Positions 1 through 8,793 of a stretch of DNA of 64,000 nucleotides are shown piece after piece. Source of the stretch: Solirubrobacteraceae bacterium (GTDB lineage: Bacteria; Actinomycetota; Thermoleophilia; Solirubrobacterales; Solirubrobacteraceae); NCBI GenBank assembly GCA_033855075.1, contig JAWVGM010000072.1, positions 21,750 through 85,749 on the forward strand. The letters run 5' to 3'. The position numbers were made by a program, and so were the translations under genes. Each line of letters starts with the position of its first letter. Position 1 is the stretch's first letter. A model generated the notes under the pieces. The model searched no databases. It saw only the letters and a program-made list of their open reading frames with translations, and was not told the DNA's origin.

Positions 1-1
1 C

Positions 2-166
2 GACATCACGACGTTCGAGGGCAAGCTGAAGCTCATCGCGACCGGCTTCGCGGAGTCGGCGGTCGCGGTCGCGCAGGCCGTGCACTCCTTCCGGCCCGAG
101 ATGAAGATCCAGCCGAAGTACTCGACGAACACCGGCGTCCCCGGCGGCGTCGAGGGCCAGGCCTAG
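2..166 (+). CDS. ferredoxin-NADP(+) reductase, thioredoxin-reductase-like type (C-terminal fragment; 5' end outside window)
   Basis: Frame-2 translation DITTFEGKLKLIATGFAESAVAVAQAVHSFRPEMKIQPKYSTNTGVPGG ends at TAG 164-166. It resembles the C-terminus of YumC-type FNR. Confidence 0.65.
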   Translation, partial: DITTFEGKLKLIATGFAESAVAVAQAVHSFRPEMKIQPKYSTNTGVPGGVEGQA

Positions 167-174
167 CGCGGTGC

Positions 175-1083
175 CTACCGGACGACTGGCAGGACGAGCA
201 CCGTGCCCGTCACGATGAGGTCCCGGTCGCCGCTGGCGATGCGGGTCTGGTTGAGCTGCCACAGCTGATCGACGATCCGCCCGATCTGCCCTGACGACGC
301 GCTCGGCCCCGCGAGATCGGAGGCGATCGACCACAGGCTCTCGCCGGGCTTGACGACCTGCGGGCGGTCGCCGGCGCGCGGCAGGGTCGTGTCGACCGCT
401 CCGGTCGGCGGCGTGCGCTCGACGGGCAGCGGCGTCGCGGCCGCAGGAGCGGCGGGCTTCGGCGCCAGGGGCGTCGGCGCGGTGCGCTTCGGCGCGTGCT
501 TCGTCGCAGCGGCGTCGGCGGGCGCCCACTCGTCGGCGATGCCATCGTCGATCTGGGGCGCGGGCGGTGGGACGGCAGCGGGCGCGGCCGGTGCCGCGGC
601 CGCCGGTGGCGCGTCGGGCGCGGGCGGCACGCCGGGCGCGGGCTCCGGTGCCGGGGGCGCCGCGGGCTCCGGTGCCGGGGGCGCCGGAGCGGCGGGCGCC
701 GGGGCGGGAGCCGGCGCGTCCGCGTCGGGGGTGTCCGCGCCGACGTCGACCGGAGCGTCGGTCGGCGCCTCGCTGCCGTCCGGCGCCGGGGCGGCCTGGT
801 CGGTCGGGTCGTCGTCGGGCGCCCAGTCGCCCGCGTCGGTCGTCGTGCTGACCGGCGTCGGGCCGCTCGTATCGGTCCCGATGACCGCGAAGGCCGACGA
901 GACGGGCCCGACGGTCGTCAGGCCGCCGATGATCGCGGCCGCCGCGGCAACCTTCCGGGCACGCCCGGAGGACGTCGCCAGGGTGCCGGACAGACGCTCC
1001 TGGCAGAGCGGGCAGCCAGCCCGGTACGCGAGGTATCCCGCGCCGTCATGGGCCGAGAGGTGGTCGTTGATCGAAGCAAACAC
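175..1083 (-). CDS. membrane-anchored LysM-domain protein with long Pro/Ala-rich linker
   Basis: GTG start preceded by AAGGAGAG. N-terminal CPLC motif, one TM segment (AAAAIIGGLTTVGPV), a Pro/Ala-rich linker of about 170 aa, and a C-terminal LysM-like motif (VKPGESLWSIASDL...LIVTGTVLVLP). Confidence 0.75.
   Translation of the reverse strand: MFASINDHLSAHDGAGYLAYRAGCPLCQERLSGTLATSSGRARKVAAAAAIIGGLTTVGPVSSAFAVIGTDTSGPTPVSTTTDAGDWAPDDDPTDQAAPAPDGSEAPTDAPVDVGADTPDADAPAPAPAPAAPAPPAPEPAAPPAPEPAPGVPPAPDAPPAAAAPAAPAAVPPPAPQIDDGIADEWAPADAAATKHAPKRTAPTPLAPKPAAPAAATPLPVERTPPTGAVDTTLPRAGDRPQVVKPGESLWSIASDLAGPSASSGQIGRIVDQLWQLNQTRIASGDRDLIVTGTVLVLPVVR
638..685. repeat. perfect 24-bp tandem duplication (GCGGGCTCCGGTGCCGGGGGCGCC x2) inside the Pro/Ala linker coding region
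   Basis: Read directly: 638-661 is identical to 662-685. On the minus strand it encodes a duplicated PAPEPAAP-type unit. Confidence 0.9.
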
Positions 1084-1146
1084 GGTGCTCTCCTTCGCCG
1101 CGTGGCGCGGCCTTCGACGTCCCCGTCGGTTCCTGCACCATCACCG

Positions 1147-2067
1147 TCATCGCGCATACGTCGCGTACGCGATCCTGCCGTTTCTGACCTGCCCGATCTC
1201 CCGCACAGCGCCGTCGCCCGGCGCCATCAGGCCGAGCCGGTGGTCGGTCACCACGAGGATCGACCGCCCGTCTGGCGACCAACTCACCGGAACCCACGCG
1301 GTCTTGAACCTGCGGGCCTTTCCGCCCTTCCTGATCACCGCGACGGTGTCGGCACCGACCGCCCACATGTCCCCTCGGGCATTGCTCTGGAACGTGTAGA
1401 TCTTGTCGAGGCCCGGATCGATGGTTCGCCGGTGCGGGCCGCGAGGGTTCACCACGATGCGGTTGCCCTCGTAGCGTGCGATCGCCAGCTCGTCGCGCGA
1501 CGTCCAGCCCAGGCTGAGCTGGTAGCGCGCCGAGTAGGCGACCCGCTGGCCGCCGCCGTCCACTCGTGCCACGTAGACGCGCGCGCCCGCATCGTCACCG
1601 GCGTCCGTGTACTGCGGCTGGCCGTAGGCCACGCGTCCGTCGCCCGACAGCGCCGGCGTCTGCCCGAAGTCGTCGACCGGCCGTCCCGGCAGGACGGACG
1701 TCCCGCGCAGGTTCAGTGCCGCGACGCGATCCCCACCCGAGCCGGGCGCGTAGGACACGACGACGGCGCCGCCGCGGGCCGTGACGAGCGAGACGTTGGC
1801 CCCCTTCGTCAGGCGCCGCGCCGACGGCAACGCTCCCCGTACGCGGTAGAGGTCCGCGACCGGTGACGTCCCCGGCTTGACGACGACATAGATCGTGCCC
1901 GGGGAACCGGGGCCGGTGAACTGCGCGCCGCCAAGTGCCGCCGCCGCGGTCGTCGGCGCGGAGGCGTCGCCCCCGTCACGGCTGGCGCCCCCGCAGGAGG
2001 CGACAGCCGCGCACAGCACGAGAGCGATCGCGACGCGCGTCGCGGTCGTGAGCTTCACGGGCGCCAC
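1147..2067 (-). CDS. lipoprotein, TolB-like beta-propeller repeat protein (putative)
   Basis: N-terminus VAIALVLCAAVASCGG has a lipobox-like VASC. The body has repeated WSPDG/propeller-like segments (SWSPDGRSILVV). Confidence 0.6.
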   Translation of the reverse strand: MAPVKLTTATRVAIALVLCAAVASCGGASRDGGDASAPTTAAAALGGAQFTGPGSPGTIYVVVKPGTSPVADLYRVRGALPSARRLTKGANVSLVTARGGAVVVSYAPGSGGDRVAALNLRGTSVLPGRPVDDFGQTPALSGDGRVAYGQPQYTDAGDDAGARVYVARVDGGGQRVAYSARYQLSLGWTSRDELAIARYEGNRIVVNPRGPHRRTIDPGLDKIYTFQSNARGDMWAVGADTVAVIRKGGKARRFKTAWVPVSWSPDGRSILVVTDHRLGLMAPGDGAVREIGQVRNGRIAYATYAR

Positions 2068-2085
2068 TGTCTCAGGTCGCCGCGC

Positions 2086-3000
2086 TCACGCCGACGCACA
2101 GCCCTGGATGAACCCGAACTGGCAGTGGTAGTAGAAGCCCGACTCGATGATGAACTTCGGGTTGGCGGCGCCCTGCGGGAGCTCCCACAGCGCGTGACCG
2201 ACGTTGCCCTGGAAGCCCGACGAGCCGGCGTTGAGGATGACGCCCAAGCCACCCTCCCACCAGGCGTTGACCTCGTTCCGACGGTACGGGCCGAACTTGT
2301 CCGGGGCGTCGTCGTAGTAGCCCTGGCTTCCGGTGAGCTTGTTCGTCGGGTTCACCGGGATCGACCCGGTGATCTCCACCGGGCCGCCCTTGATCTTGAA
2401 GCCGAGGTCAGAGGTCGCGGTCGGCTTGTCCTCGCCCTTGCCCCAGTCCTGGTCGATCAGGCGGTCCTTCTTCGTCTTCAGGCTCATGAGCGTCACGACC
2501 TTGTCGACGCGGTTGCCGTCCTTCGGCGTCCCGCCGCCCACGGAGCACATCTCGATCTGCTTCGTGATGACGCCCCTGGATTCATCCCTGCGTGCGTTGT
2601 TGAGCTTGAACGCGAAGTACTTGAAGCGCACGTAGTACGCGTCGTTGTCCGCGGCGTCGGTCTTCGTCCCGAGGAACTTGAACCCCCTGCGCGTGCCGCT
2701 CTCGTAGCACTTGCCTTCGTTGGCGCGCGCGCTCATGCGCGACGCCGGATCCAGCGGTAGGGCGCGCGACGATTGCACGCTGCCATCCGGTGCGCGGACC
2801 TGAAGGGTCGCGCTGCGCTCGGCGGCGGTCAGCCCGCCGTGCTTGCCGATGCCAAACTCGCTGCCGTAGCCCGCGCGCAGCGTCTGGCTGACGCGCTGCG
2901 ACGGCCCCGCGGCGCCCGCGGTCGCGGGCGCGATGGCAGCGAGCATCCCGCCCGCCACGACCGCCGTTGCCACCCGTGACAGGTGTGCCGTACTCGCCAT
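2086..3000 (-). CDS. secreted hypothetical protein
   Basis: ATG with GGAGG 6 nt upstream. Signal-peptide-like N-terminus (VVAGGMLAAIAPATAGAAG), and four Cys including a C-terminal CQFGFIQGC. No family recognised. Confidence 0.6.
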   Translation of the reverse strand: MASTAHLSRVATAVVAGGMLAAIAPATAGAAGPSQRVSQTLRAGYGSEFGIGKHGGLTAAERSATLQVRAPDGSVQSSRALPLDPASRMSARANEGKCYESGTRRGFKFLGTKTDAADNDAYYVRFKYFAFKLNNARRDESRGVITKQIEMCSVGGGTPKDGNRVDKVVTLMSLKTKKDRLIDQDWGKGEDKPTATSDLGFKIKGGPVEITGSIPVNPTNKLTGSQGYYDDAPDKFGPYRRNEVNAWWEGGLGVILNAGSSGFQGNVGHALWELPQGAANPKFIIESGFYYHCQFGFIQGCASA

Positions 3001-3081
3001 GTCCGACCTCCGATCTGTACTCGACAGATCCCCGTGCCGGAACGGAACCTAGGCGGCCCGCCTAAGGCGAGCCTCAAATGT

Positions 3082-3435
3082 TCAGACGGCTGAGACTTCC
3101 TGTTCGTCGGCGACCCTGAACGAGGAGCCACAGCCGCAGGCCGCGACGACGTTCGGGTTGTTCACCTGGAAGCCGGCGCCCTGCATGGAGTCGACGTAGT
3201 CGATGACCGAGCCGTGCACGTAGGGCAGGCTGGGCTGGTCGACGTAGACCTTCAGGCCCTGAGACTCGAACTCCTCGTCGCCTTCCTTCTTTGAGTCGAA
3301 GGCGAGGTTGTACTGAAAGCCCGAGCAGCCGCCGCCCTTGACACCGACGCGCAAACCGGCAGACGCCGGGTCAGCGCCCTGCGAGGCGAGAAACTCGTGG
3401 ACCTTTTCGGCGCCCTTGTCGGTGATCGTGATCAT
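3082..3435 (-). CDS. iron-sulfur cluster insertion/assembly protein, HesB/IscA/ErpA family
   Basis: 117 aa with GGGCSGFQY and a C-terminal CGCGSSF motif, which supply the three conserved Cys of A-type carriers. Confidence 0.9.
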   Translation of the reverse strand: MITITDKGAEKVHEFLASQGADPASAGLRVGVKGGGCSGFQYNLAFDSKKEGDEEFESQGLKVYVDQPSLPYVHGSVIDYVDSMQGAGFQVNNPNVVAACGCGSSFRVADEQEVSAV

Positions 3436-3515
3436 GTGTGCGGCTCCCGGCGTTGTTTGACTGCTGTATCGGCCAAAGCTTTACGAAGTGTAGCGGTCGC
3501 TACGCTGTGGTCCAG

Positions 3516-3737
3516 ATGGCCACCGCAGCCGACGTGAAGACCCGCATCGAAGCCGCAATCCCCGGTGCCGACGCACTGGTGGAGTCCGCGGACGACGTGC
3601 ATTTCAGCGCCACCGTGCGCGCAGCCGCCTTCGATGGACTCAGCCGCGTGCAGCAGCACCGGCTGGTCATGGATGTTTTCGGCGACGAGCTGGGCGGCTC
3701 CATCCACGCCCTCGCCCTCAAGACGGAGGTTCCATGA
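3516..3737 (+). CDS. BolA family protein
   Basis: Internal ATG at 3516. The sequence DDVHFSATVRAAAFDGLSRVQQHRLVMDVF...IHALALKT matches the BolA signature (RVxxHRxV, HAL). Its stop overlaps the next start (ATGA). Confidence 0.85.
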   Translation: MATAADVKTRIEAAIPGADALVESADDVHFSATVRAAAFDGLSRVQQHRLVMDVFGDELGGSIHALALKTEVP

Positions 3738-4129
3738 GCGACAACCCCATCCGCGATGCGATCGCCGAGGCGATCTCGTCCAACGACATCATCCTGTTCA
3801 TGAAGGGCTCGCCCGACCGGCCCGCGTGCGGGTTCTCCCAGCGCACGGTCGCGATGCTCGAGGCGCTCGACACGCCCTTCGCGGCCGTCGACGTCCTGCC
3901 CGACCCGAGGATCCGCCAGGAGCTCTCCGCGATCTCGAACTGGCCGACGATCCCGCAGCTCTTCCACGACGGCGAGCTCGTCGGCGGTTGCGACATCGTC
4001 ACCGAGATGTACGAGTCAGGCGAGCTGGCCACGACGCTCGGCGTCGAGCCTCCGGCCGACGCGCCCGAGGAGGCACCCGCAGGCGCCGATCCGGCCCCGG
4101 CACCACTCGGAATCGAGAACAGGCTCTAG
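3734..4129 (+). CDS. grxD: monothiol (CGFS) glutaredoxin, Grx4 family
   Basis: ILFMKGSPDRPACGFSQR...WPTIPQLFHDGELVGGCDI is the canonical CGFS active site and fold motif. Confidence 0.9.
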   Translation: MSDNPIRDAIAEAISSNDIILFMKGSPDRPACGFSQRTVAMLEALDTPFAAVDVLPDPRIRQELSAISNWPTIPQLFHDGELVGGCDIVTEMYESGELATTLGVEPPADAPEEAPAGADPAPAPLGIENRL

Positions 4130-5844
4130 CGCCTGATCGAGACTCGCAGCCTGGCGCCGCCGGTAATGCGCAGCGCCGGGTCGCGATAGACCTGGCGGGC
4201 GGCGGAGAGGCTGCCGAAGGTTCCCGCCAGGCCGTCCTGCCGGCGCAATGCGAGGAACGCGTCGCGGATCCCCTCGACCGAGTCGGGGCCGGGGTCATCG
4301 GTGTCCGCTCCGGGGTCGTCCTCGAAGATGATGCTCAGCGAGCTGTCGTCCAACGGGTCCGCGCCGACGTCTCCCGGCGCGCCGAACAGGCGCAGCGTCC
4401 TCCGGCCGGCGCGCACGGATCGCGGGACGCGGATGCGGATGTCGCGCGTCGTCCGTCGTCCGGTGCGCAGGTGACGCAGCCGCAGGCGCACCGTCATCCG
4501 CTTCCCGCGGCGCGCCTTGCCGCGGACGCTCGCGCCGGTGATGAAGGCCTGGCGTACCCCGCGCCGCACGCGAACGCTGATCTCCACGCTCGTCAGGTGC
4601 AGGACCCCGAAGCGGAACGTGCTGAGCAGCCGGGTCGCCTCGCCCACGTCTGCGATGAGCGCGCCCGTGAACGCGTTGGGCACGTCACCGTCGACGGTGT
4701 AGGTGTTGCAGACGCGCATCTTGTCGGTGAGCTCGCGCGCCCGGACCGCGATGCACATGTCGCCGCTCTGACGGGCCGGGCCGCCGCTCAGCACGCTGAG
4801 CACAGCCTGCACGACGGACGTCGACGCGGCGAGGTCGAGGATCGGAATGCCGGTGGGCTCGCCGACGTCGGCCTCGTCGGCGATCTGTGTGACCAGGCCT
4901 CGGGTCCGGCCGGTATCGAGGTCGCGCGCGGCGACACGCAGCGGGAAGCCCGCCGGCAGCGCCCCGAGCTGCCCGGTCACGGCGGCGTCGCCGTCGCCCG
5001 TGACCGTGCCCTCGTCGTTCCCCGGCGAGGCGAGCTTGTACGTCGACACGTCGGAGAGGTTGAGCGGCTGGTTGACGACGGTGTGCACGAAGGCGTCCTG
5101 CAGGAACAGCGAACGCCGCCCGGCCCCGTCGAGCTCGTGGCCGAAGAGCCACACGTTGCCGCCATCCGCGTACGCGACGGTGCCCGCCGCGCCGATGGCG
5201 ATGGCGCCGGAGGTCTCGCCGACGGCGACCGCCGCGCCGGGGACGAGCGGCTGCTTGGGAAAGGTGCCGCGCGCGTTGGCCACCGACGCGATGATCGGGC
5301 GCCCCGCCTTCGCCGCCGCGCGTGACAACGCGGTGGCGAAGGCCGGCCGCAGGCCGGCGATGGTGAGCGGGGTCGCGAGGCTGCGCGCTCCGATCGGCAG
5401 CTCGTGCGCCGCGGTCGGCAGCGACGAGGGCGGCACCACCGGGCTGGCGAGGATCGCCTCGATCGGGCGCGCGAGCACGGTCTTTCCGCCGTACTCGCCG
5501 ATCGACTCGGAGATCGCCCCGATGTTGCGACTGACCCCGTCGCCTCCGGTGCAGTAGATCGGCGAGCCGGAGAAGCCGGGGCCGATGCCGGTGTCGTCGA
5601 CGGCGGGGCCCGAGACGCGCACGAGGATCCGGGCGGCGTCGAGGCTCTGCGCGTCCATGACGTCGAGGATCCGGACGTTGAACGAGGTGATCGTCGTCCC
5701 CTGCACGACGGTCAGGCCGGTGCACAACGCCCCCGGCGTGACGTCCTTGAGCGCCATGATCGGCGGCGCCGCTACTGCAGAGGCCGGCGCGATGAGCGCG
5801 GCCAGAACGGCGGCGACGAGCGGGCGGCGCATCGAGCGGCGCAC
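4126..5844 (-). CDS. secreted serine peptidase with SpoIVB/S55-like domain (putative)
   Basis: Signal peptide (VAAVLAALIAPASAVAAP). GFSGSPIYC...IGAISE resembles the S55 GxSGSPI serine motif. The long C-terminal region has no recognised family. Confidence 0.6.
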   Translation of the reverse strand: MRRSMRRPLVAAVLAALIAPASAVAAPPIMALKDVTPGALCTGLTVVQGTTITSFNVRILDVMDAQSLDAARILVRVSGPAVDDTGIGPGFSGSPIYCTGGDGVSRNIGAISESIGEYGGKTVLARPIEAILASPVVPPSSLPTAAHELPIGARSLATPLTIAGLRPAFATALSRAAAKAGRPIIASVANARGTFPKQPLVPGAAVAVGETSGAIAIGAAGTVAYADGGNVWLFGHELDGAGRRSLFLQDAFVHTVVNQPLNLSDVSTYKLASPGNDEGTVTGDGDAAVTGQLGALPAGFPLRVAARDLDTGRTRGLVTQIADEADVGEPTGIPILDLAASTSVVQAVLSVLSGGPARQSGDMCIAVRARELTDKMRVCNTYTVDGDVPNAFTGALIADVGEATRLLSTFRFGVLHLTSVEISVRVRRGVRQAFITGASVRGKARRGKRMTVRLRLRHLRTGRRTTRDIRIRVPRSVRAGRRTLRLFGAPGDVGADPLDDSSLSIIFEDDPGADTDDPGPDSVEGIRDAFLALRRQDGLAGTFGSLSAARQVYRDPALRITGGARLRVSIRR

Positions 5845-5858
5845 AGTAGCATCGGCTC

Positions 5859-6896
5859 ATGGCCGCGCCAGCGACATCGCTGCCCGTCGCGGCGCTGCGC
5901 TGGGACGGCACGCGCCTGCAGATCCTCGACCAGACCCTCCTGCCCGCGCGTGAGGAGTGGATCGAGCTGCGCGACGCCGCCGACGCGGCCGCCGCGATCG
6001 CCCGGCTGGCCATCCGCGGAGCGCCGAACATCGGCATCGCCGCCGCGTACGGCCTCGCGCTCGCGGTCGCCACGGCGCCCGACGGCGCGTCGGTGAAGGC
6101 CGCGGCGGCGCTGCTGCGCGGCGCGCGCCCGACCGCGGTGAACCTCGCGTGGGCGGTCGATCGCGTGCGGGCCGCCGTCCTCGCGGCACCGGAGGGCGAG
6201 CGCGCGGCGGCGGCGCGCGCCGAAGCCGAGGCCATCCACGCCTCCGAGGACGCCGCGAGCGTCGCGATCGCCGCCCACGGAGCGGATCTGCTCGATGGCG
6301 CGCGCTCGATCCTGACGCACTGCAACACCGGCGCGCTGGCGTGCGGCGGGCAGGGCTCCGCGCTCGCCGTCGCCACCGAGATGGCGCGCCGCGGCGACAT
6401 CTCGGTCCTCGCATGCGAGACGCGCCCGCTGCTGCAGGGCGCCCGGCTGACGGTCTGGGAGCTGCGCCGGCTGGGCATCCCCCACGAGCTGCTCGTCGAC
6501 GGCGCCGCCGCCGGGCTCATGCGCCGCGGCGAGATCGACGCGGTCATCGTCGGCTGCGATCGGATTGCGGCCAACGGCGACGTCGCCAACAAGGTCGGCA
6601 CGTACGCGCACGCGCTCGCCGCGCGCGCCGCCGGCATCCCGTTCGTCGTCGCTGGACCGACGTCGACGATCGACGCGTCGATCGCCTCCGGCGACGAGAT
6701 CGTGATCGAGGAGCGCGGGGCCGACGAGGTCCGCCACGCCGGCGGCGCGCTGCTGGCGCCCGACGACACGCCGTGTCGCAACCCGGCGTTCGACGTCACC
6801 CCGGCCGAGCTCGTCACCGCGCTCGTCACCGAGCGCGGAATCGCCTCCCCGCCGACGCGGGAGTCCGTGGCGAAGCTGCTCGCCCCCGCCGCATGA
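5859..6896 (+). CDS. mtnA: S-methyl-5-thioribose-1-phosphate isomerase (eIF-2B alpha/beta/delta-like family)
   Basis: LRWDGTRLQILDQTLLP...IRGAPNIGIAAAYG...RPTAVNLAWAV...CDRIAANGDVANKVGTY are typical MtnA family blocks. Confidence 0.8.
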   Translation: MAAPATSLPVAALRWDGTRLQILDQTLLPAREEWIELRDAADAAAAIARLAIRGAPNIGIAAAYGLALAVATAPDGASVKAAAALLRGARPTAVNLAWAVDRVRAAVLAAPEGERAAAARAEAEAIHASEDAASVAIAAHGADLLDGARSILTHCNTGALACGGQGSALAVATEMARRGDISVLACETRPLLQGARLTVWELRRLGIPHELLVDGAAAGLMRRGEIDAVIVGCDRIAANGDVANKVGTYAHALAARAAGIPFVVAGPTSTIDASIASGDEIVIEERGADEVRHAGGALLAPDDTPCRNPAFDVTPAELVTALVTERGIASPPTRESVAKLLAPAA

Positions 6897-7858
6897 GGGT
6901 CGCCCGCTCGGTCACCACCGACGAGGTGATTCTCGAGGACGTGCCCGATCCCGTCGCCGGGCCCGGCGAGGTCGTCTGCCGGGTCCTGGCCTGCGGGGTA
7001 TGCGGATCGGACGTCAGCACCGGCTACGTCTCGCGCAAGCTGCCGGCCGTGCTCGGCCACGAGGTCGTCGGCGAGGTGCTCGAGACCGGCGAGGGCGTCG
7101 AGGGCGTCGCGCCCGGCGACCGCGTCGTCATCCACCACCACGCGCCGTGCGGCGAGTGCCGCCGCTGCCGCCGCGGCCACGAGACGCTGTGCGACCAGTT
7201 CCGCACCACCGCCCTGGAGCCCGGCGGATTCGCCGAGCGGGTGCGCGTCGAGGCCGCGCTCGTGCCCGAGCTGCTCCAACTCGGGGCGCTCGAGCCCGTG
7301 ATCGGCACGTTCGTCGAGCCGCTGGGCTGCATCCTGCGCGCGCTGGACCGCGCCGGGCTGCGCGGCGGCGACGCGCTGCTCGTCGTCGGCGCGGGCTCCA
7401 ACGGCCTGCTCGCGATCGCCGCCGCACACGCGCGGGCCGCCGACGCCGTGTGGGTGCGCGAGCCGCGGGCCGACCGCCGCCGCCTCGCCGAGGCGTGGGG
7501 CGCCACCCATCACGCCGGCGAGCCGGTTGACGTGGCGCTCGTCACGACCTCGCACCGCGACGCGATCGAGGCCGCGGCGGCGGCACTCGGTCCCGGCGGG
7601 ACGCTGTGCCTCTATGCGACCGCGAAGCCCGGCACGCCGCTCGATCTCGACACGGAGGCGCTGTTCCTGCGGGAGATCACCGTGTGCTCGTCGTGGTCGG
7701 CCGGGCCGCAGGACATGCGCGCCGCGTACGCCCTGCTCGCGAGCGGTCGCGTCGACCCGCGCAGCCTCGTGACCCACCGCCTCGGTCTCGACGAGACCGC
7801 GCGCGCGCTTGACCTGCAGCGTCGCGGCGAGGCGATCAAGGCGGTCGTGGAGCCGTGA
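6893..7858 (+). CDS. zinc-dependent alcohol/polyol dehydrogenase (MDR family)
   Basis: The ATG at 6893 overlaps the mtnA stop (ATGA). Catalytic and structural Zn motifs are present: CGVCGSD, GHEVVGEV and CGECRRCRRGHETLC. Confidence 0.85.
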   Translation: MRVARSVTTDEVILEDVPDPVAGPGEVVCRVLACGVCGSDVSTGYVSRKLPAVLGHEVVGEVLETGEGVEGVAPGDRVVIHHHAPCGECRRCRRGHETLCDQFRTTALEPGGFAERVRVEAALVPELLQLGALEPVIGTFVEPLGCILRALDRAGLRGGDALLVVGAGSNGLLAIAAAHARAADAVWVREPRADRRRLAEAWGATHHAGEPVDVALVTTSHRDAIEAAAAALGPGGTLCLYATAKPGTPLDLDTEALFLREITVCSSWSAGPQDMRAAYALLASGRVDPRSLVTHRLGLDETARALDLQRRGEAIKAVVEP

Positions 7859-8781
7859 GGGCCGCGGTCCTGCACGGGCCCGGCGACCTGCGCGTCGAGG
7901 ACATCGACGAGCCCGAGGGTGAGGTGGTCGTCTCCGTCGAGGCAGCGACCGCGTGCGCAACCGATCTGAAGTGCCTGCGCCACGGCCACCGCATCCTCGC
8001 CCCCTACCCGGCGCGCTTCGGGCACGAGACCGTCGGCGTGCGTGCCGACAGCGGTGAGCGCGTCCTCGTCGGCGACTCGGTCGCGTGCGGCGCATGCGCG
8101 GCGTGCGGCGCCGGGCGCCCGCAGCTGTGCGCGGCGATGACGTGGGTGCTCGGCGGCTTCGCCGAGCGCATCGGAGCCCCGCTTGCGGCGTTGCACGCCG
8201 TCCCGGACGGCCTGGAGCCCGCGGGCGCCGCGATGGCCGAGCCGCTGGCCGCGGCCGTCCATGCGGTCGCGCGGGCGGGCGACGGGGCCGACGCCGCCGT
8301 GCTCGGCGGCGGCACGATGGGGCTCATGCTCGCCCGAGTGCTCGTGCTCGAGGGCCGCGACGTGACGCTCGCCGACCGCCACCCGGAGCGCCGTGCGCAG
8401 GCCGCGGCCTTCGGGGCGCGCGCCGTCGAGCAGCTGGGCTGCCACGAGCTCGTGCTCGAGGCGGTCGGGCGACCGGAGTCCTGGCGCGCGGCGATCGAGG
8501 CGGCCGCGCCGGGCGCGACCGTCGTGCTCGTCGGCGGCTGCCCGTCGGGCAGCGAGGTGACCCTGCCGGCCGCGCCGCTTCACTACGGCGAGCTCGAGGT
8601 CCGCGGGGCGTTTCATCACGCGCCGGCAGAGATCGACCGCGCGCTCGAGCTGCTCGCCTCCGGGGCGGTGGACTGGCGCGCGCTCGCGGGCGAGACGATC
8701 GGCCTGGACGGGCTGCACGACGCGCTCGTGCGACCCACGGCGGGCGAGGCACGCAAGCTCGTCGTCGACCCTCGCCGCTAG
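7855..8781 (+). CDS. zinc-dependent alcohol/polyol dehydrogenase (MDR family), second copy
   Basis: GTG overlaps the preceding stop (GTGA). Motifs CATDLK, GHETVG and CGACAACGAGRPQLC are present. Confidence 0.8.
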   Translation: MRAAVLHGPGDLRVEDIDEPEGEVVVSVEAATACATDLKCLRHGHRILAPYPARFGHETVGVRADSGERVLVGDSVACGACAACGAGRPQLCAAMTWVLGGFAERIGAPLAALHAVPDGLEPAGAAMAEPLAAAVHAVARAGDGADAAVLGGGTMGLMLARVLVLEGRDVTLADRHPERRAQAAAFGARAVEQLGCHELVLEAVGRPESWRAAIEAAAPGATVVLVGGCPSGSEVTLPAAPLHYGELEVRGAFHHAPAEIDRALELLASGAVDWRALAGETIGLDGLHDALVRPTAGEARKLVVDPRR

Positions 8782-8793
8782 GGTCCGGCGCCG

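Noticed and set aside
250-900. The repetitive GC-rich sequence here, and similar stretches at 25700-26000 and 61800-62440, as possible CRISPR or other non-coding repeat arrays
   Set aside because: There are no regularly spaced direct repeats with unique spacers. The periodicity is codon-level low complexity (Pro/Ala/Gly-rich linkers) inside ORFs that have clear N- or C-terminal domains.
3050-3064. The hairpin-forming 14-mer TAGGCGGCCCGCCT occurs here and again at 11056-11069, each 20-40 nt downstream of a minus-strand stop codon. I considered it as a possible REP-like element or shared terminator.
   Set aside because: My rough estimate is that, in 64 kb of this composition, on the order of a hundred 14-mer coincidences are expected by chance. 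The stems are only 6-7 bp, and I found just two copies. They may still act as weak terminators, but they are not evidence for a repeat family.
4685-8095. 1136-aa ORF on the minus strand spanning the peptidase, mtnA and dehydrogenase genes. Similar giant ORFs lie at 7612-9600(-), 14746-16935(+), 19269-21227(+), 38681-40534(+), 46390-48369(-) and 60407-62272(+).
   Set aside because: Their translations are dominated by Arg, Ala, Gly and Pro runs with no recognisable motifs. They lie antisense or out of frame to ORFs with clear family signatures. These are the stop-poor shadow frames typical of very GC-rich DNA.
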